A DNA stretch of 64,000 bases, from the NCBI GenBank assembly GCA_965649225.1, contig CBFGJX010000011.1, positions 1 to 64,000 on the forward strand, read 5' to 3'. This document shows positions 9,650 through 19,548 of this stretch, piece by piece; position 1 is the first letter of the stretch; every line of letters starts with the position of its first letter. Source of the DNA: a candidate division WOR-3 bacterium (GTDB lineage Bacteria; Hydrothermota; Tepidihabitantia; Tepidihabitantales; Tepidihabitantaceae). The notes below the pieces were generated by a model. It was given only the letters and a program-made list of their open reading frames with translations. It was not told the origin of the DNA and did no database searches. The position numbers and the translations under genes are program-made.

Positions 9650-11781
9650 TTGCCCTCCCCGCCGCTCCGGCCTTCGCGTCGGACATAGCGGCACTCGGGA
9701 TAGCCGGAACAGGCGACAAACCTGCCATACCGTCCCTGCCGCTCGACCAGACCCCGGCCGCATTTCGGACAGTTGCCTTCAACCGGTTTCGGCTCCGGTT
9801 TCGGGTTGCGCCGGACATAACGGCATTCGGGATAACCGGAACAGGCGACAAACTTGCCATACCGTCCCTGCCGCTGAACCAGCGGACGACCACACTGCGG
9901 ACATTTCTCGTCCAGCTCGTGTCCCGGGTCGCGCCGGACATGCCGGCATTCGGGCCAGCGGCTGCAGGCGACAAACTTGCCATACCGTCCCCAGCGCTCG
10001 GCCAGCTTCGCTCCGCACAGCGGACAGGTTTCATCCAGCAGCGTCACCAGTCCCTGTTTGATGCCGCCGATCGCTTCCGGACTGAGCCGGTTCAGGTCCT
10101 CGCTGAATCGCTGCCAGAACCGGCCGACGACCGCACGCCACTCTTCCTGCTGCTCTTCCACCCGGTCCAGCTCCGCTTCCATCTCGCGGGTGAAGCCGAT
10201 TTCGAACACGTCCTGAAAGCGGGGCACGATCACATCATGGACCGTCATCCCCAACTCGGTCGGGTGCAACCGGCCCTCGCGGCGTTCGACGTACTTGCGT
10301 TCAAACAGCGTTGCGACGATTGCCGCATAGGTCGAAGGCCGGCCGATGCCGTTGGTATCCAGTCGCTTGATCAGCGTCGCCTCGGTGTAACGGGCCGGCG
10401 GCTGGGTAAACCGCTGCTCCGGCTTGAACTCGACGAGCTGCAACCGCTCGCCGACCTCCAGCGGTGGCAGCAGCTTCTCCTTGTCCGAATCGCCCCACAC
10501 CCGCTCGAACCCGCTGAACTGACAGTGCAGCGCCTCGGCACCAAACAGATACTCGCCGCCCTTCACCTTCACTTCGGTCAGCTGATAGACCGCATCGGCC
10601 ATCTGGCTGGCCAGAAATCTCCGCCAGATAAGGTCGTAAAGCCGCCACTGATCCGGCGTCAGCGATTCCTTCACCCGTTCCGGGGTCAGTTCCAGTCGGG
10701 TCGGTCGAATCGCCTCGTGTGCCCCCTGGCTGCCCTTGCGGTCCGGATAGTGACGCGGCTTCGGGGCGACGAATTCGGCTCCGTACTGCTCGGTAATCAG
10801 CCGTCGGGCCATCTCGATCGCCGCATCGTTCACCCGGTAGGAATCGGTACGGGGATAAGTTATCAGACCGATCGTCTCCCCGCCGACTGTCAGCCCCTCG
10901 AAAAGCTCCTGCGCCGTGCGCATCGTCCGCCGGGAAGGCATTCCCAGCCGCTGAACCGCATCCTGCACCATCGTCGCCGTCACATAAGGCGGCAGCGGCC
11001 GCCGGACTCTCAGCCGCGGCTTGACGGCAGCGACTGAAAAATCGGCCGCAGCACAGCCGGCCCGCACCTGCTCGACCTCAGCGGCATTGCGCAGCTTGAC
11101 TTCGTTGTCGGCAATCCGTTCCAGCTGGGCTTCGAATGTCCCGCCGGTACCGGTCTGGAACACGCCCCGCACCAACCAGTATTCTTCCGGCTGGAAGCTC
11201 TGGATTTCCCGCTCGCGTTCGACAATCATCCGCAGGGCAACCGTCTGCACCCGGCCCGCCGAGAGCCCGCCCCGCACGACCTTCCACAATATCGGCGATG
11301 TCTTGTAGCCCACCAGCCGGTCGATAACCCGCCGGGCCTTGTGGGAATCGACCCGGCTCATGCCAATCTCGCCCGGCGCCTTGAATGCGGCCGCCAGCCC
11401 CTCGGGCGTAATCTCGAAAAACAGCACTCGCTTCACCGGTTGACCGTTTTCCAGTTCCCGGGCCACCGACCAGGCGATTGCCTCACCCTCGCGGTCCGGG
11501 TCACAACCGATATAAACTGTCCGTGCCCGCGCTGCCGCCGCCTTCAGCTCGTTGATGACCTTGGCCTTGCCCCGGATGCGGATATATTCGGGCTCGAACC
11601 CGTTCTCGATGTCCACACCCAGTCGCGACTTGGGCAGGTCGTGAATATGGCCGCCCGAAGACAACACGGCCAGCCGGTGACCCAGCATCCGGGCAATCGA
11701 ATGGGCCTTTGTCGGGGACTCGACAATCAGCAGGTCGCGCCGCCGCGAACTGCCGGATTTTGTGCTCTTTGCCTTTGCCAT
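9646..11781 (-). CDS. topA: DNA topoisomerase I with three C-terminal Zn ribbons
   Basis: IVESPTKA, DPDREGE, SAGRVQ, ITYPRTDS, GIGRPSTY. Confidence 0.97.
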   Translation of the reverse strand: MAKAKSTKSGSSRRRDLLIVESPTKAHSIARMLGHRLAVLSSGGHIHDLPKSRLGVDIENGFEPEYIRIRGKAKVINELKAAAARARTVYIGCDPDREGEAIAWSVARELENGQPVKRVLFFEITPEGLAAAFKAPGEIGMSRVDSHKARRVIDRLVGYKTSPILWKVVRGGLSAGRVQTVALRMIVEREREIQSFQPEEYWLVRGVFQTGTGGTFEAQLERIADNEVKLRNAAEVEQVRAGCAAADFSVAAVKPRLRVRRPLPPYVTATMVQDAVQRLGMPSRRTMRTAQELFEGLTVGGETIGLITYPRTDSYRVNDAAIEMARRLITEQYGAEFVAPKPRHYPDRKGSQGAHEAIRPTRLELTPERVKESLTPDQWRLYDLIWRRFLASQMADAVYQLTEVKVKGGEYLFGAEALHCQFSGFERVWGDSDKEKLLPPLEVGERLQLVEFKPEQRFTQPPARYTEATLIKRLDTNGIGRPSTYAAIVATLFERKYVERREGRLHPTELGMTVHDVIVPRFQDVFEIGFTREMEAELDRVEEQQEEWRAVVGRFWQRFSEDLNRLSPEAIGGIKQGLVTLLDETCPLCGAKLAERWGRYGKFVACSRWPECRHVRRDPGHELDEKCPQCGRPLVQRQGRYGKFVACSGYPECRYVRRNPKPEPKPVEGNCPKCGRGLVERQGRYGRFVACSGYPECRYVRREGRSGGEGK
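9681..9991 (-). repeat. Three intragenic repeats encoding TopA C4 zinc ribbons
   Basis: 9681-9743 and 9813-9875 match at 59/63 nt by manual alignment; third, more diverged copy at ~9936-9991. Confidence 0.85.
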
Positions 11782-11831
11782 TGGCCGCAAGAATAACGAC
11801 CGACACCGGCCCGGTCAAGCCGCAGCCGGCA

Positions 11832-12206
11832 TCAACGGTCTTCGATTATTACAATCGCGGTAGCGTAATCGTTGAGATGTGAAATACTTAGATGGACAAC
11901 CCGGTTGCCCAGCAATTCGGCGGCCCGGCCGCTGACCACGATTGCCGGCCGGCTGCGCTCATTATCACGGACCTCGATCTCCCGCCAGCCGATTGCACCG
12001 CGCAGACCGGTACCCAGCGCCTTGGAAAATGCTTCCTTGGCGGCAAACCTGCCGGCGTAGGAGGGATACTTGTCGCTCAGCGCTTCACAGAACCGGGTTT
12101 CGGCCAGGGTAAATATCCGGTCGCGAAACCGTTCGGGATGGCGGCTGAAAGCCTGCCGAATCCGTTCGACGCTGACCAGATCGATCCCGATGCCGAACAC
12201 CGCCAT
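11832..12206 (-). CDS. acpS: Holo-ACP synthase
   Basis: GIGIDLV, AGRFAAKEAFSKALGTG, SISH. Confidence 0.96.
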   Translation of the reverse strand: MAVFGIGIDLVSVERIRQAFSRHPERFRDRIFTLAETRFCEALSDKYPSYAGRFAAKEAFSKALGTGLRGAIGWREIEVRDNERSRPAIVVSGRAAELLGNRVVHLSISHLNDYATAIVIIEDR

Positions 12207-12892
12207 CAGGACTGCCGGTTGAGCCGCTCGATTACCGCCACCAGCTCAAGGATGTCGCCAATCTCAAATTCGGCCCGGGAGTTGACGGTGCCGAAAGTAT
12301 CACCGTAGCGGGCAAAAACGGTGTGCATGCCGATTTCCCTTGCGCCGACAATATCGCGTTCGGCCCAGTCGCCCACCATCACCGCTTCTGCGGCCGTCAC
12401 TCCCAGAAGCTCCAGCGCCCGCTGAAACGGCTCCGGCGCCGGCTTGCGCCGGCCGGTATCATCAAACGTCACCACCACGTCAAAGAAAGCATCCACGCCC
12501 AGCTGGGCCAGCCGCATCCACGCCTGCAGCCGTGGCGCGTCAGACACCACTGCCAGCCTGAGCCCCATCCGCACCAGCCGGAGCAGGGTCACGTTTACGT
12601 GGGGATAGGCAACCAGCACACCTTCCCGTGCCCGGCGGTAGGCGATAATGCCGTTGGCCAGAATCCGATAATCGATGCTGCCCAGCGTCTCGGTCAGGAA
12701 ATCGTCAAAAACCTGCTGATACTCGATGCCCTTGCGCCGGTAAATCTCGTCAATCCGCGCGCGGGCCTGGCCAACCGTCATGTTCAGACCGGCATCAATC
12801 ATCGCGTGAATTGCCGCATCGATCGCCGCATCCTTGAAACGGACAAAATCGACCAGCGTGTTGTCGACGTCGAAAACGACCGCCTTGATCAC
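12206..12892 (-). CDS. HAD-superfamily hydrolase (subfamily IA)
   Basis: FDVDNTL, KP, MVGD..RDIVGA. Confidence 0.9.
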   Translation of the reverse strand: MIKAVVFDVDNTLVDFVRFKDAAIDAAIHAMIDAGLNMTVGQARARIDEIYRRKGIEYQQVFDDFLTETLGSIDYRILANGIIAYRRAREGVLVAYPHVNVTLLRLVRMGLRLAVVSDAPRLQAWMRLAQLGVDAFFDVVVTFDDTGRRKPAPEPFQRALELLGVTAAEAVMVGDWAERDIVGAREIGMHTVFARYGDTFGTVNSRAEFEIGDILELVAVIERLNRQS

Positions 12893-13434
12893 TTTCTTTC
12901 CCGTCCGCCGGCAAAAAACCCGGCCAGCCGCCGGTAGGTCTCGGCGAGGTGTTCGCTGACGACTTTGGCTTCGGCCACTACGGGCATGAAATTGGTATCG
13001 CCATCGTAGCGCGGAACGACATGCAGATGGACGTGCCCGACAACCCCGGCGCCGGCCGTGCGGCCGATATTGACGCCGAGATTGAACCCGTCGGGGGTAA
13101 AACTGCGCCGCAGCGCTGCCAGCGCCCGCCGGAGCAGTGCCAGCATTTCTTCACCTTCGGCGTCAGTCAGCCTTTCGGCAGTTGCCACATGCCGCACCGG
13201 CACCACCATCAAATGGCCGTTATTGTAGGGAAACCGGTTCAGCATCAGAAAACACCGTTCCCCGCGCCAGAGAATCAGATTGCCGACATCGTCCCGCTCG
13301 CGCCAGAGCCGGCAGAAAAGACAGTTCCGCCGCCCCGTACCGCCCTGCCCCCCCGCGGCACAGACGTACTGTGCCCGCCAGGGAGCCCACATTCGGCGCA
13401 GCGCCGGCCCGCCAAACTTCGAATTACCCTTCAT
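12889..13434 (-). CDS. HIT domain protein (Ap4A phosphorylase/hydrolase-like)
   Basis: WAPWR, NRFPYNNGH, HVHLHVVPR. Confidence 0.92.
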   Translation of the reverse strand: MKGNSKFGGPALRRMWAPWRAQYVCAAGGQGGTGRRNCLFCRLWRERDDVGNLILWRGERCFLMLNRFPYNNGHLMVVPVRHVATAERLTDAEGEEMLALLRRALAALRRSFTPDGFNLGVNIGRTAGAGVVGHVHLHVVPRYDGDTNFMPVVAEAKVVSEHLAETYRRLAGFFAGGRERK

Positions 13435-14693
13435 CCAAAAAGCCCCAGTTGTTCTCCGGGAGCGGCCTTGCGGGTCGCGGTGGGACCGACCGGACTGTCG
13501 GGCAACACCCGAATCTGACCGAACTGGCCATCAAAGCCCGGTCGCCGGTCAACCTGACCCGACCGCATCCGTTCAATGCCCAAGGCAATCCGTTCGTCCG
13601 CCACCCGGGCAATCTCGGCGGTCGGCGCCTCCAGCAGGACATAAAACTCGCTGCCCAGTGCATCCACCAGCGCATCATAGCTGCGTGCCACCGCCGCCGT
13701 GTCGCGTCCCTGGCCGTGGGCCTCGGCGATAATCTCTTCCAGCGGCACGGCACTGCGGAACGGCACCCGGCCCGGCGGCACCTGGTCTTCGCTGCGGTCA
13801 GCCAGCTCCAGTACCCGGTGCATCACCCCGATGGTCAGCCGCCGGCCGCACACCGGGCAGATATCACCGCCCGTCCGGGTCTGCTCGGGCGAAAGTACCA
13901 CCCCGCAGGCGCGATGACCGTCCCAGTGATACTTTCCCTCTTCGGGGTAGAACTCAATCGTATAGAGCAGCCGACCCGGCCCCGCCCCGCGCAAAGCCGA
14001 CCGCAGCGCGTCAAAACTCGGCTCGCAGTCAAAAACATTCGCCTCCCGTCCCAGCCGGTTCGGCGAGTGGGCATCGGAGTTGGAAACCAGCGTGAAGCGG
14101 TCCAGTGCCGAAAGCCGCCAGTTCATCGGCGGGTCACTGGAAAGCCCGGTTTCCAGTGCAAAAACCTCGCCGGTCAGATCGCCGAAGCATTCCTCAACCG
14201 CATCAAATCCGGAATTGGAGCCGAACAGGGAAAACCACGGCGTCCAGATATGCGCCGGAACGACAAAACTCCGCGGCTCAATCTCCAGCACCTTCGCCAA
14301 CAGCTCCCGACTGGAAAGCCCGGAAAGCGTCGGACGACCGTCGGCCGCCAACCGGCCATAGATATCCAGCCATTGCGAAAGCCGCTCGGCCGCATCGAAA
14401 TCGGGAACGAACACCAGCTGGTGAATCCGACGCAGCCGGCCGCCCTGGTTGTACAGCAGATTCAGCTCGGTGGACAGAATGAACCGCACGCCATCGTGAA
14501 CAAACAAACCGCTGCCGTCATCGGTCAGCTCCTGCTTCAGCTCGGCGCGGTACTGAGGGTGGGTAAAATCGGCGGTCGCTACCAGCCCGATACCCTTCCG
14601 CTTCGCCATCTTCGCCACCCCGGCAACAGACATGTCCCGACTGGTGGCACGGGAAAACCGCGAATGGATGTGGAGGTCGGCAATCAACTGCAT
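13431..14693 (-). CDS. Endonuclease Q family PHP-domain protein
   Basis: ADLHIHSRFSRATS, PAHIWTPW, ETGLSSD, SNSDAHS, CPVCG. Confidence 0.88.
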   Translation of the reverse strand: MQLIADLHIHSRFSRATSRDMSVAGVAKMAKRKGIGLVATADFTHPQYRAELKQELTDDGSGLFVHDGVRFILSTELNLLYNQGGRLRRIHQLVFVPDFDAAERLSQWLDIYGRLAADGRPTLSGLSSRELLAKVLEIEPRSFVVPAHIWTPWFSLFGSNSGFDAVEECFGDLTGEVFALETGLSSDPPMNWRLSALDRFTLVSNSDAHSPNRLGREANVFDCEPSFDALRSALRGAGPGRLLYTIEFYPEEGKYHWDGHRACGVVLSPEQTRTGGDICPVCGRRLTIGVMHRVLELADRSEDQVPPGRVPFRSAVPLEEIIAEAHGQGRDTAAVARSYDALVDALGSEFYVLLEAPTAEIARVADERIALGIERMRSGQVDRRPGFDGQFGQIRVLPDSPVGPTATRKAAPGEQLGLFG

Positions 14694-14813
14694 CAACGCC
14701 AGTCTAAAACTGCCCCGCCGGGTGTCAAGCTGACCGACCCGCTTCCGGCGCCCGGCAGCCGGCGCTGCGTTGACTCTTCATTTCGCACTGGCCCTTGATA
14801 ACTCCTCTCCGCC

Positions 14814-14950
14814 GGCGACGCTGACCAAACCGGCGCGCAAGACGGGCGCATCGAAGGCCGTCAGGGAAACGGGGGAGTCCAGTCGGAAGTCGGCGCACCC
14901 CCAACCACGCAACCCGCTGTCCTGTCGCTGCCTGCTGCACCGTCGTCGCC
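14814..14950 (-). ncRNA. Candidate rod-shaped structured RNA (6S-like?)
   Basis: Terminal GGCGACG/CGTCGCC stem, further helices needing G-U pairs on the minus strand, apical GGGGG/CCCCC; minus-strand TATAAT at 14987-14982. Confidence 0.25.
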
Positions 14951-15039
14951 CCGCTGACCCTCGCTCGCGCTTATAACCCTGATTATAGTCACAGCGCCCC
15001 CCGCTTGACCGCTTCCCGGTTTCCGAATAGTCTGTCGGG

Positions 15040-15927
15040 ATGACAATGCCACAGACTGCCGACCCCGAGCTCTACCAGGCCCTGCTCGAACGCCGTTCGG
15101 TGCGGCGCTACGCGAAGCGACCACCGGAACCGGAAAAACTCAGTGCCGCCACTGCCCTCATTCCCGACCTCCAGCCGCTGGTGCCGAACAACCAGTTCCG
15201 CTGTGAACTCCGGCCGATTACAACCGCCAGTGACACCCTCGCCACCGCCATCGGCTCCTATGCCCGGATTATCTCGGCGCCCTGGCTCGCCCTGCCCGGC
15301 ATCCGCGGCGAAAACCGCCTGCTCGAAGACTGTGGCTACCGGCTCGAACAGCTTGTCATCGGCCTCACCCGGCTCGGACTCGGCACCTGCTGGATCGGCG
15401 CACTCACCAGCGAAACCAGAACCGCTCAGACCTTGGGAGTGGAACCGGGCTGGCGCGTCCCGGCGGTCATTGTCTTCGGCTATCCCGATACCGGCTTGGT
15501 CGGCCGCAGTGTCAACCAGCTTTACCGCGGCGTAATCGGTGCGCCCAACCGGTTGCCTTACGAGAAATTCGTCTTCGCCGACCGCTTCGGTCAGCCCGCC
15601 ACGCCATCGCCCCAGGCCGAATATGTCCTCGCGGCGCTGCGCTGCTCGCCTTCAGCCGGCAACGCCCGGCCCTGGCGCGTGATACTGCGCGGCGACCGGA
15701 TGTTTTACTGTGTGGACACCGCTGCCGGCTTCTATCGCCGCTACCGCTGCGACTACCCGCTGCTCGACGGCGGCATCGGCATGGCCAGCGTGACGCTCGC
15801 CCTGCGTTCCATCGGCCGGCCCGCCGAATGGGAACTGCTCGACGAAACTCCGGAATTGCGCACCGACCTCGGCCTGCCACCTTCGGTGCGCCCGCTGGCC
15901 GCTATCCGGGTCGGCTGGCCGGCTTGA
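15040..15927 (+). CDS. Nitroreductase family protein (two-domain)
   Basis: RRSVRRY, GLGTCWIG, SPSAGNARPW. Confidence 0.88.
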   Translation: MTMPQTADPELYQALLERRSVRRYAKRPPEPEKLSAATALIPDLQPLVPNNQFRCELRPITTASDTLATAIGSYARIISAPWLALPGIRGENRLLEDCGYRLEQLVIGLTRLGLGTCWIGALTSETRTAQTLGVEPGWRVPAVIVFGYPDTGLVGRSVNQLYRGVIGAPNRLPYEKFVFADRFGQPATPSPQAEYVLAALRCSPSAGNARPWRVILRGDRMFYCVDTAAGFYRRYRCDYPLLDGGIGMASVTLALRSIGRPAEWELLDETPELRTDLGLPPSVRPLAAIRVGWPA

Positions 15928-17632
15928 CCGGCCTCAGCCAGACCAGCACTGTCTCGACGATCATCCACAGCTCCAGCACCAGCACCACCGCGCTGACACC
16001 GAAGAGGAGCCAGTTCTTCTGGCCGGCATAACTGCTCAATCCCCGCAACAGCGACCAGCTTGTCGTCACCAGCATGAACAGCGCCGGCACCAGCGAGAGC
16101 CAGTAGAACTTTGTCCGCTGTCGCAACCAGACGGTGATGACCAGCAGTGCCAGCCCGGCGAGCAACTGGTTGAGCGCCCCGAACACCGGCCAGAGCGCCA
16201 GCGCCCCGGCCCCGGATGCACCATTGGCAAAAGCCAGCGCCCCGGCCGACACCACCGCAACCGTCGTGGCAACCCACTTGTTCTCCAGCGGCCGCAGCTT
16301 TGCCGCGCCGGCCAGCTCGGCCACGACGTAGCGCTGGAGCCGGGTCGCGGTATCCAGCGTCGTCCCGGCGAAACTCACCACCAGCACACCCATCACTGCC
16401 ACTGCCGCGCCCAGCGGGATGCCGTAAGAATTCAGCAGGTTGGCTGCTCCCGTGACAAACGCGTCGAGGTTGGCGTTCATGCCCGACGCCGCACCCCAGC
16501 TTGCATAGTGATGCAGCCAAGCCGCCGCACCGGTCAGCACCGCCCCGTCATGCGTTACATACCTCATCCCGATGCCGGCGCAGCAAGCGATGATGACCAG
16601 CACCGCCAGCACCGACTCCACCAGCATCGCGCCGTACCCGACAAACAGCGCATCCGGCTCGCGCGCGACCTGCTTGGACGAAGTGCCGGATGAGACCAGC
16701 GAATGGAATCCAGATATCGCACCGCAGGCGATGGTTATGAACAGCACCGGCCACAGCGGCGGCGCGCCCGGCACCGCGCTCCGCACCGCCGGCGCGACCA
16801 GCGGCAGGTTGCCCGCGAAACCGGCAACCAGCACCCCCAGCGTCATCAGCACCAGCGCCACCGCCAGCTCCCACGCGTTGATGTAATCGCGCGGCTGCAA
16901 GAGCGTTGTCACCGGCAACACCGAAGCCGCGAAGGCGTACACCAGTAGAATAACTGTCCACACCCCGGTCGCGGGCATCCCCAGCACCGCCGGCATCACC
17001 AGCGGAAACTTCCAGCCGACAAGAATCGTCGCGTACATGAGCAGCACCGCGGCGATGTCAAACAGCAGCAGCTTTTTGGCCAGTTTGCGGCGATACACCA
17101 GCCAGCCGAGCGCGACCGCGATCGGAATCTCCATCCACACTGGAATCACCGCCGCCGGGAACCGGTTGAAAATCAGTGCCATCACCAGCCCGAATATCGC
17201 AATCACCACCCAAAGAATCAGCAGCACTACCAGAAAGAAAATCGTCCGCACCCGCGGCCCGATCAGCTCCCCGGTGATATCGGCGATCGAGCGACCCTCG
17301 CGCCGCAGTGACAGCACCAGCGACCCGAAATCATGCACCCCACCCATTACAATCGAACCCAGAAACACCCACAAAAACGCCGGCACCCAGCCCCAGATTA
17401 CCCCGATTGCCGGTCCGACGATCGGCCCGGTCCCGGCAATCGAAGTGAAGTGGTGACCGAAGATGATGATCCGCTTCGTCGGCACAAAATCAACCCCGTC
17501 CCGCCGGCTTACCGCCGGCACAACTGCCTGTGGATCGATCCGGAATATCTTTCGCGCCAGAAAACGGCCGTAGGTATTGTAGGCAACGATGTAGCCGACG
17601 AATGCGGCAACCATCAGCATAACTGTACTCAT
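15902..17632 (-). CDS. cstA: Carbon starvation protein A (peptide/pyruvate transporter)
   Basis: GHHFTSIAGTGPIVGP, LLQPRDY, ITIACGAISGFHS; start re-set to ATG 17632. Confidence 0.94.
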   Translation of the reverse strand: MSTVMLMVAAFVGYIVAYNTYGRFLARKIFRIDPQAVVPAVSRRDGVDFVPTKRIIIFGHHFTSIAGTGPIVGPAIGVIWGWVPAFLWVFLGSIVMGGVHDFGSLVLSLRREGRSIADITGELIGPRVRTIFFLVVLLILWVVIAIFGLVMALIFNRFPAAVIPVWMEIPIAVALGWLVYRRKLAKKLLLFDIAAVLLMYATILVGWKFPLVMPAVLGMPATGVWTVILLVYAFAASVLPVTTLLQPRDYINAWELAVALVLMTLGVLVAGFAGNLPLVAPAVRSAVPGAPPLWPVLFITIACGAISGFHSLVSSGTSSKQVAREPDALFVGYGAMLVESVLAVLVIIACCAGIGMRYVTHDGAVLTGAAAWLHHYASWGAASGMNANLDAFVTGAANLLNSYGIPLGAAVAVMGVLVVSFAGTTLDTATRLQRYVVAELAGAAKLRPLENKWVATTVAVVSAGALAFANGASGAGALALWPVFGALNQLLAGLALLVITVWLRQRTKFYWLSLVPALFMLVTTSWSLLRGLSSYAGQKNWLLFGVSAVVLVLELWMIVETVLVWLRPVKPASRPG

Positions 17633-17666
17633 AACGACCCGCAGTATAAACCCTTTGTCACACCGG

Positions 17667-18401
17667 TCAAGCCGACGGGAGCCGCGCAACTGCCAGCGCC
17701 AGCACATCCAGCGTCGCGGCCACGGCAAAGTGCAGCACTGCTCCGGGCAGAAAGGAACGATTGCGCAGCGCGACAACCCCCAGAACCACCCCAGCGACAA
17801 TCGAACCCAGCGTTTCCGCCAGTGGCTTCCCGAAATGCAGCACCGCAAACGGAATCAACTGCACGGCAACCGCTGCCGCCGGGCCCACCCGGCGCTCGAA
17901 CCCGAACAGCAGATAGCCACGCAGAATGAACTCCCAGCAGAACATCCCCACCAGCCGAACCACCAGCCCGGCGACAAACACCTTGGCGTCCCACCGGCCG
18001 GCAACGAAGTAGGGATAAACCCTTTGAAACCCGGGTTGAAATGCCGCCCACACCAGCGCCGGCAGCAGCAGCAGAAACAGCAGCCCGGCATCTCTGGCAG
18101 CGCAGCCCGGTTTGGGCAGACCGAACCCGACATCCTTCAGTCGCAACCGCAGAACCGGCAAAGACAGCAGTGGCAGCAGCAGGTACACCAGACTGCGAAC
18201 CGCATAACCCGCCAGCGGCCGCAACGCCGGCTCAATCCGGCCGAAATCCAGCCGCAGATAGCGGCCGACGATGAACGCCAGTGCCGCAACCGCCGCAACA
18301 ACCAGCAGGTCCGGCGCGGCACTGACCACCCGCCGACAGTCGCGATACAGGTCAATCAAATGGCCCACAGGCCAGAATAGACCGGGCCGCAGTGTGGTCA
18401 A
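17667..18401 (-). CDS. CPBP/CAAX family intramembrane metalloprotease
   Basis: EFILRG, FAVLHFGKP, H motif; multiple TM helices. Confidence 0.85.
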   Translation of the reverse strand: MTTLRPGLFWPVGHLIDLYRDCRRVVSAAPDLLVVAAVAALAFIVGRYLRLDFGRIEPALRPLAGYAVRSLVYLLLPLLSLPVLRLRLKDVGFGLPKPGCAARDAGLLFLLLLPALVWAAFQPGFQRVYPYFVAGRWDAKVFVAGLVVRLVGMFCWEFILRGYLLFGFERRVGPAAAVAVQLIPFAVLHFGKPLAETLGSIVAGVVLGVVALRNRSFLPGAVLHFAVAATLDVLALAVARLPSA

Positions 18402-18471
18402 CGACTACCCGCCGGAGTCTGCTCTCTGCCGTCTTGACTTGACCGGCCGGCTGGGGTAGAGTCTCGCCCGT

Positions 18472-18545
18472 GCGCCCGTAGCTCAGATGGATAGAGCGGC
18501 AGACTCCGGATCTGCAGGCCACGCGTTCAAATCGCGTCGGGCGCT
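18472..18545 (+). tRNA. tRNA-Arg(CCG), CCA not encoded
   Basis: Cloverleaf GCGCCCG/CGGGCGC; anticodon arm GCAGA-CTCCGGA-TCTGC; TTCAAAT T-loop; A20. Confidence 0.93.
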
Positions 18546-18563
18546 TTCCCGGCAGGAGGTCAG

Positions 18564-19082
18564 ATGGATTTCTATGACTGTGTCCGTTCCCGACTGAGCA
18601 TCCGCTCCTACAAACCCGACCCGGTTCCGGAAGCTGCGCTGAACCGCATTCTGGAAGCGGCGCGGCTGGCACCTTCGGCCAAGAATCTGCAACCCTGGAA
18701 GTTTATCGTCGTCAGCGACCCGGCGGTGCGGGCAGCATTGGTCCCTGCCTGTCGCGGCCAGTCTTTCATCGCCGAAGCACCGCTGGTCATCTGTGGTTGT
18801 GCGCTGGAAGCCGAAGCCTGGGCCGGCATGGGTGGCTACTGGCGGTCGGATGTCGTTGACGTTACGATTGCGTTCGAACACATTGTGCTGGCCGCCGCCG
18901 CGGAAGGGCTGGGCACCTGCTGGATTGGCGCGTTCCTCGAAGAGGAAGTCCGCAAGGTCCTGGCTATCCCCGAGGGCGTCAAGCCAGTTGCCCTGACCCC
19001 GCTCGGCTACCCGGCGCGCGAGGCGAAACCCCGGCCGCGCAAGCCGCTGGCAGAAATTGTCTGCTGGAACCGCTACTGCTGA
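18564..19082 (+). CDS. Nitroreductase family protein
   Basis: RLSIRSY, APSAKNLQPW, GLGTCWIG; AGGAGG RBS. Confidence 0.93.
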   Translation: MDFYDCVRSRLSIRSYKPDPVPEAALNRILEAARLAPSAKNLQPWKFIVVSDPAVRAALVPACRGQSFIAEAPLVICGCALEAEAWAGMGGYWRSDVVDVTIAFEHIVLAAAAEGLGTCWIGAFLEEEVRKVLAIPEGVKPVALTPLGYPAREAKPRPRKPLAEIVCWNRYC

Positions 19083-19519
19083 GGCGGTTCCAGCTCGCGT
19101 TCCATTATCAGGGCGTCTTCGCCGTTTTCGTAGTAGCCTTTGCGCACAAACGTCGGCACAAAGCCATGCGCGGCATAGAACTGCCGCGCGGCGGCGTTTG
19201 AAACCCTGACTTCCAGATAGGCTGTCCGGGCGCCGGCCGTCGCGCCAAACCGCAGCACTTCGTTCATCATTGCCCGACCGATGCCGCGCCGCCGGGCCGC
19301 CGGCGCCACGGCGAAGTTGGCGATGTGAAGTTCGTCAGCACCCCAGGCAACCGCATAGCCGACTATTTCGCCCTGCTCCTCGGCAACCAGACAGATGCCC
19401 TGCGGCCGGCCCAGGTCGGCCCGAAAAAACGACCGGCGCCAGGGATTGGGAAAGATCGCCTGCTCCAGCGCCAGCACCTGGTCGAGGTCGTCTTCGGTCA
19501 TCCGCCGCAAAGTCACCAC
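19073..19519 (-). CDS. rimI: Ribosomal protein S18 alanine N-acetyltransferase
   Basis: LHIANFAV, RRRGIG, LEVRVSN, RKGYY..EDALIM. Confidence 0.92.
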   Translation of the reverse strand: MVTLRRMTEDDLDQVLALEQAIFPNPWRRSFFRADLGRPQGICLVAEEQGEIVGYAVAWGADELHIANFAVAPAARRRGIGRAMMNEVLRFGATAGARTAYLEVRVSNAAARQFYAAHGFVPTFVRKGYYENGEDALIMERELEPPQQ

Positions 19520-19548
19520 GCCGTACTATCGGCAGCGCCGGACGCCTG

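Noticed and set aside
9580..14798. Long antisense or alternate-frame ORFs (e.g. 9580-11037, 13137-14798; also 47712-49235)
   Set aside because: Shadow ORFs of well-supported genes in high-GC DNA, with no recognisable motifs
14860..14905. SRP RNA, tmRNA or c-di-AMP/cobalamin riboswitch
   Set aside because: Only fragmentary resemblance; the conserved SRP CAGG..GGAA..AGCA loop and the riboswitch cores are absent
18472..18545. tRNA-Arg (or tRNA-Ala at 51391) as an island integration site
   Set aside because: No duplicated tRNA 3' end and no integrase seen in the window
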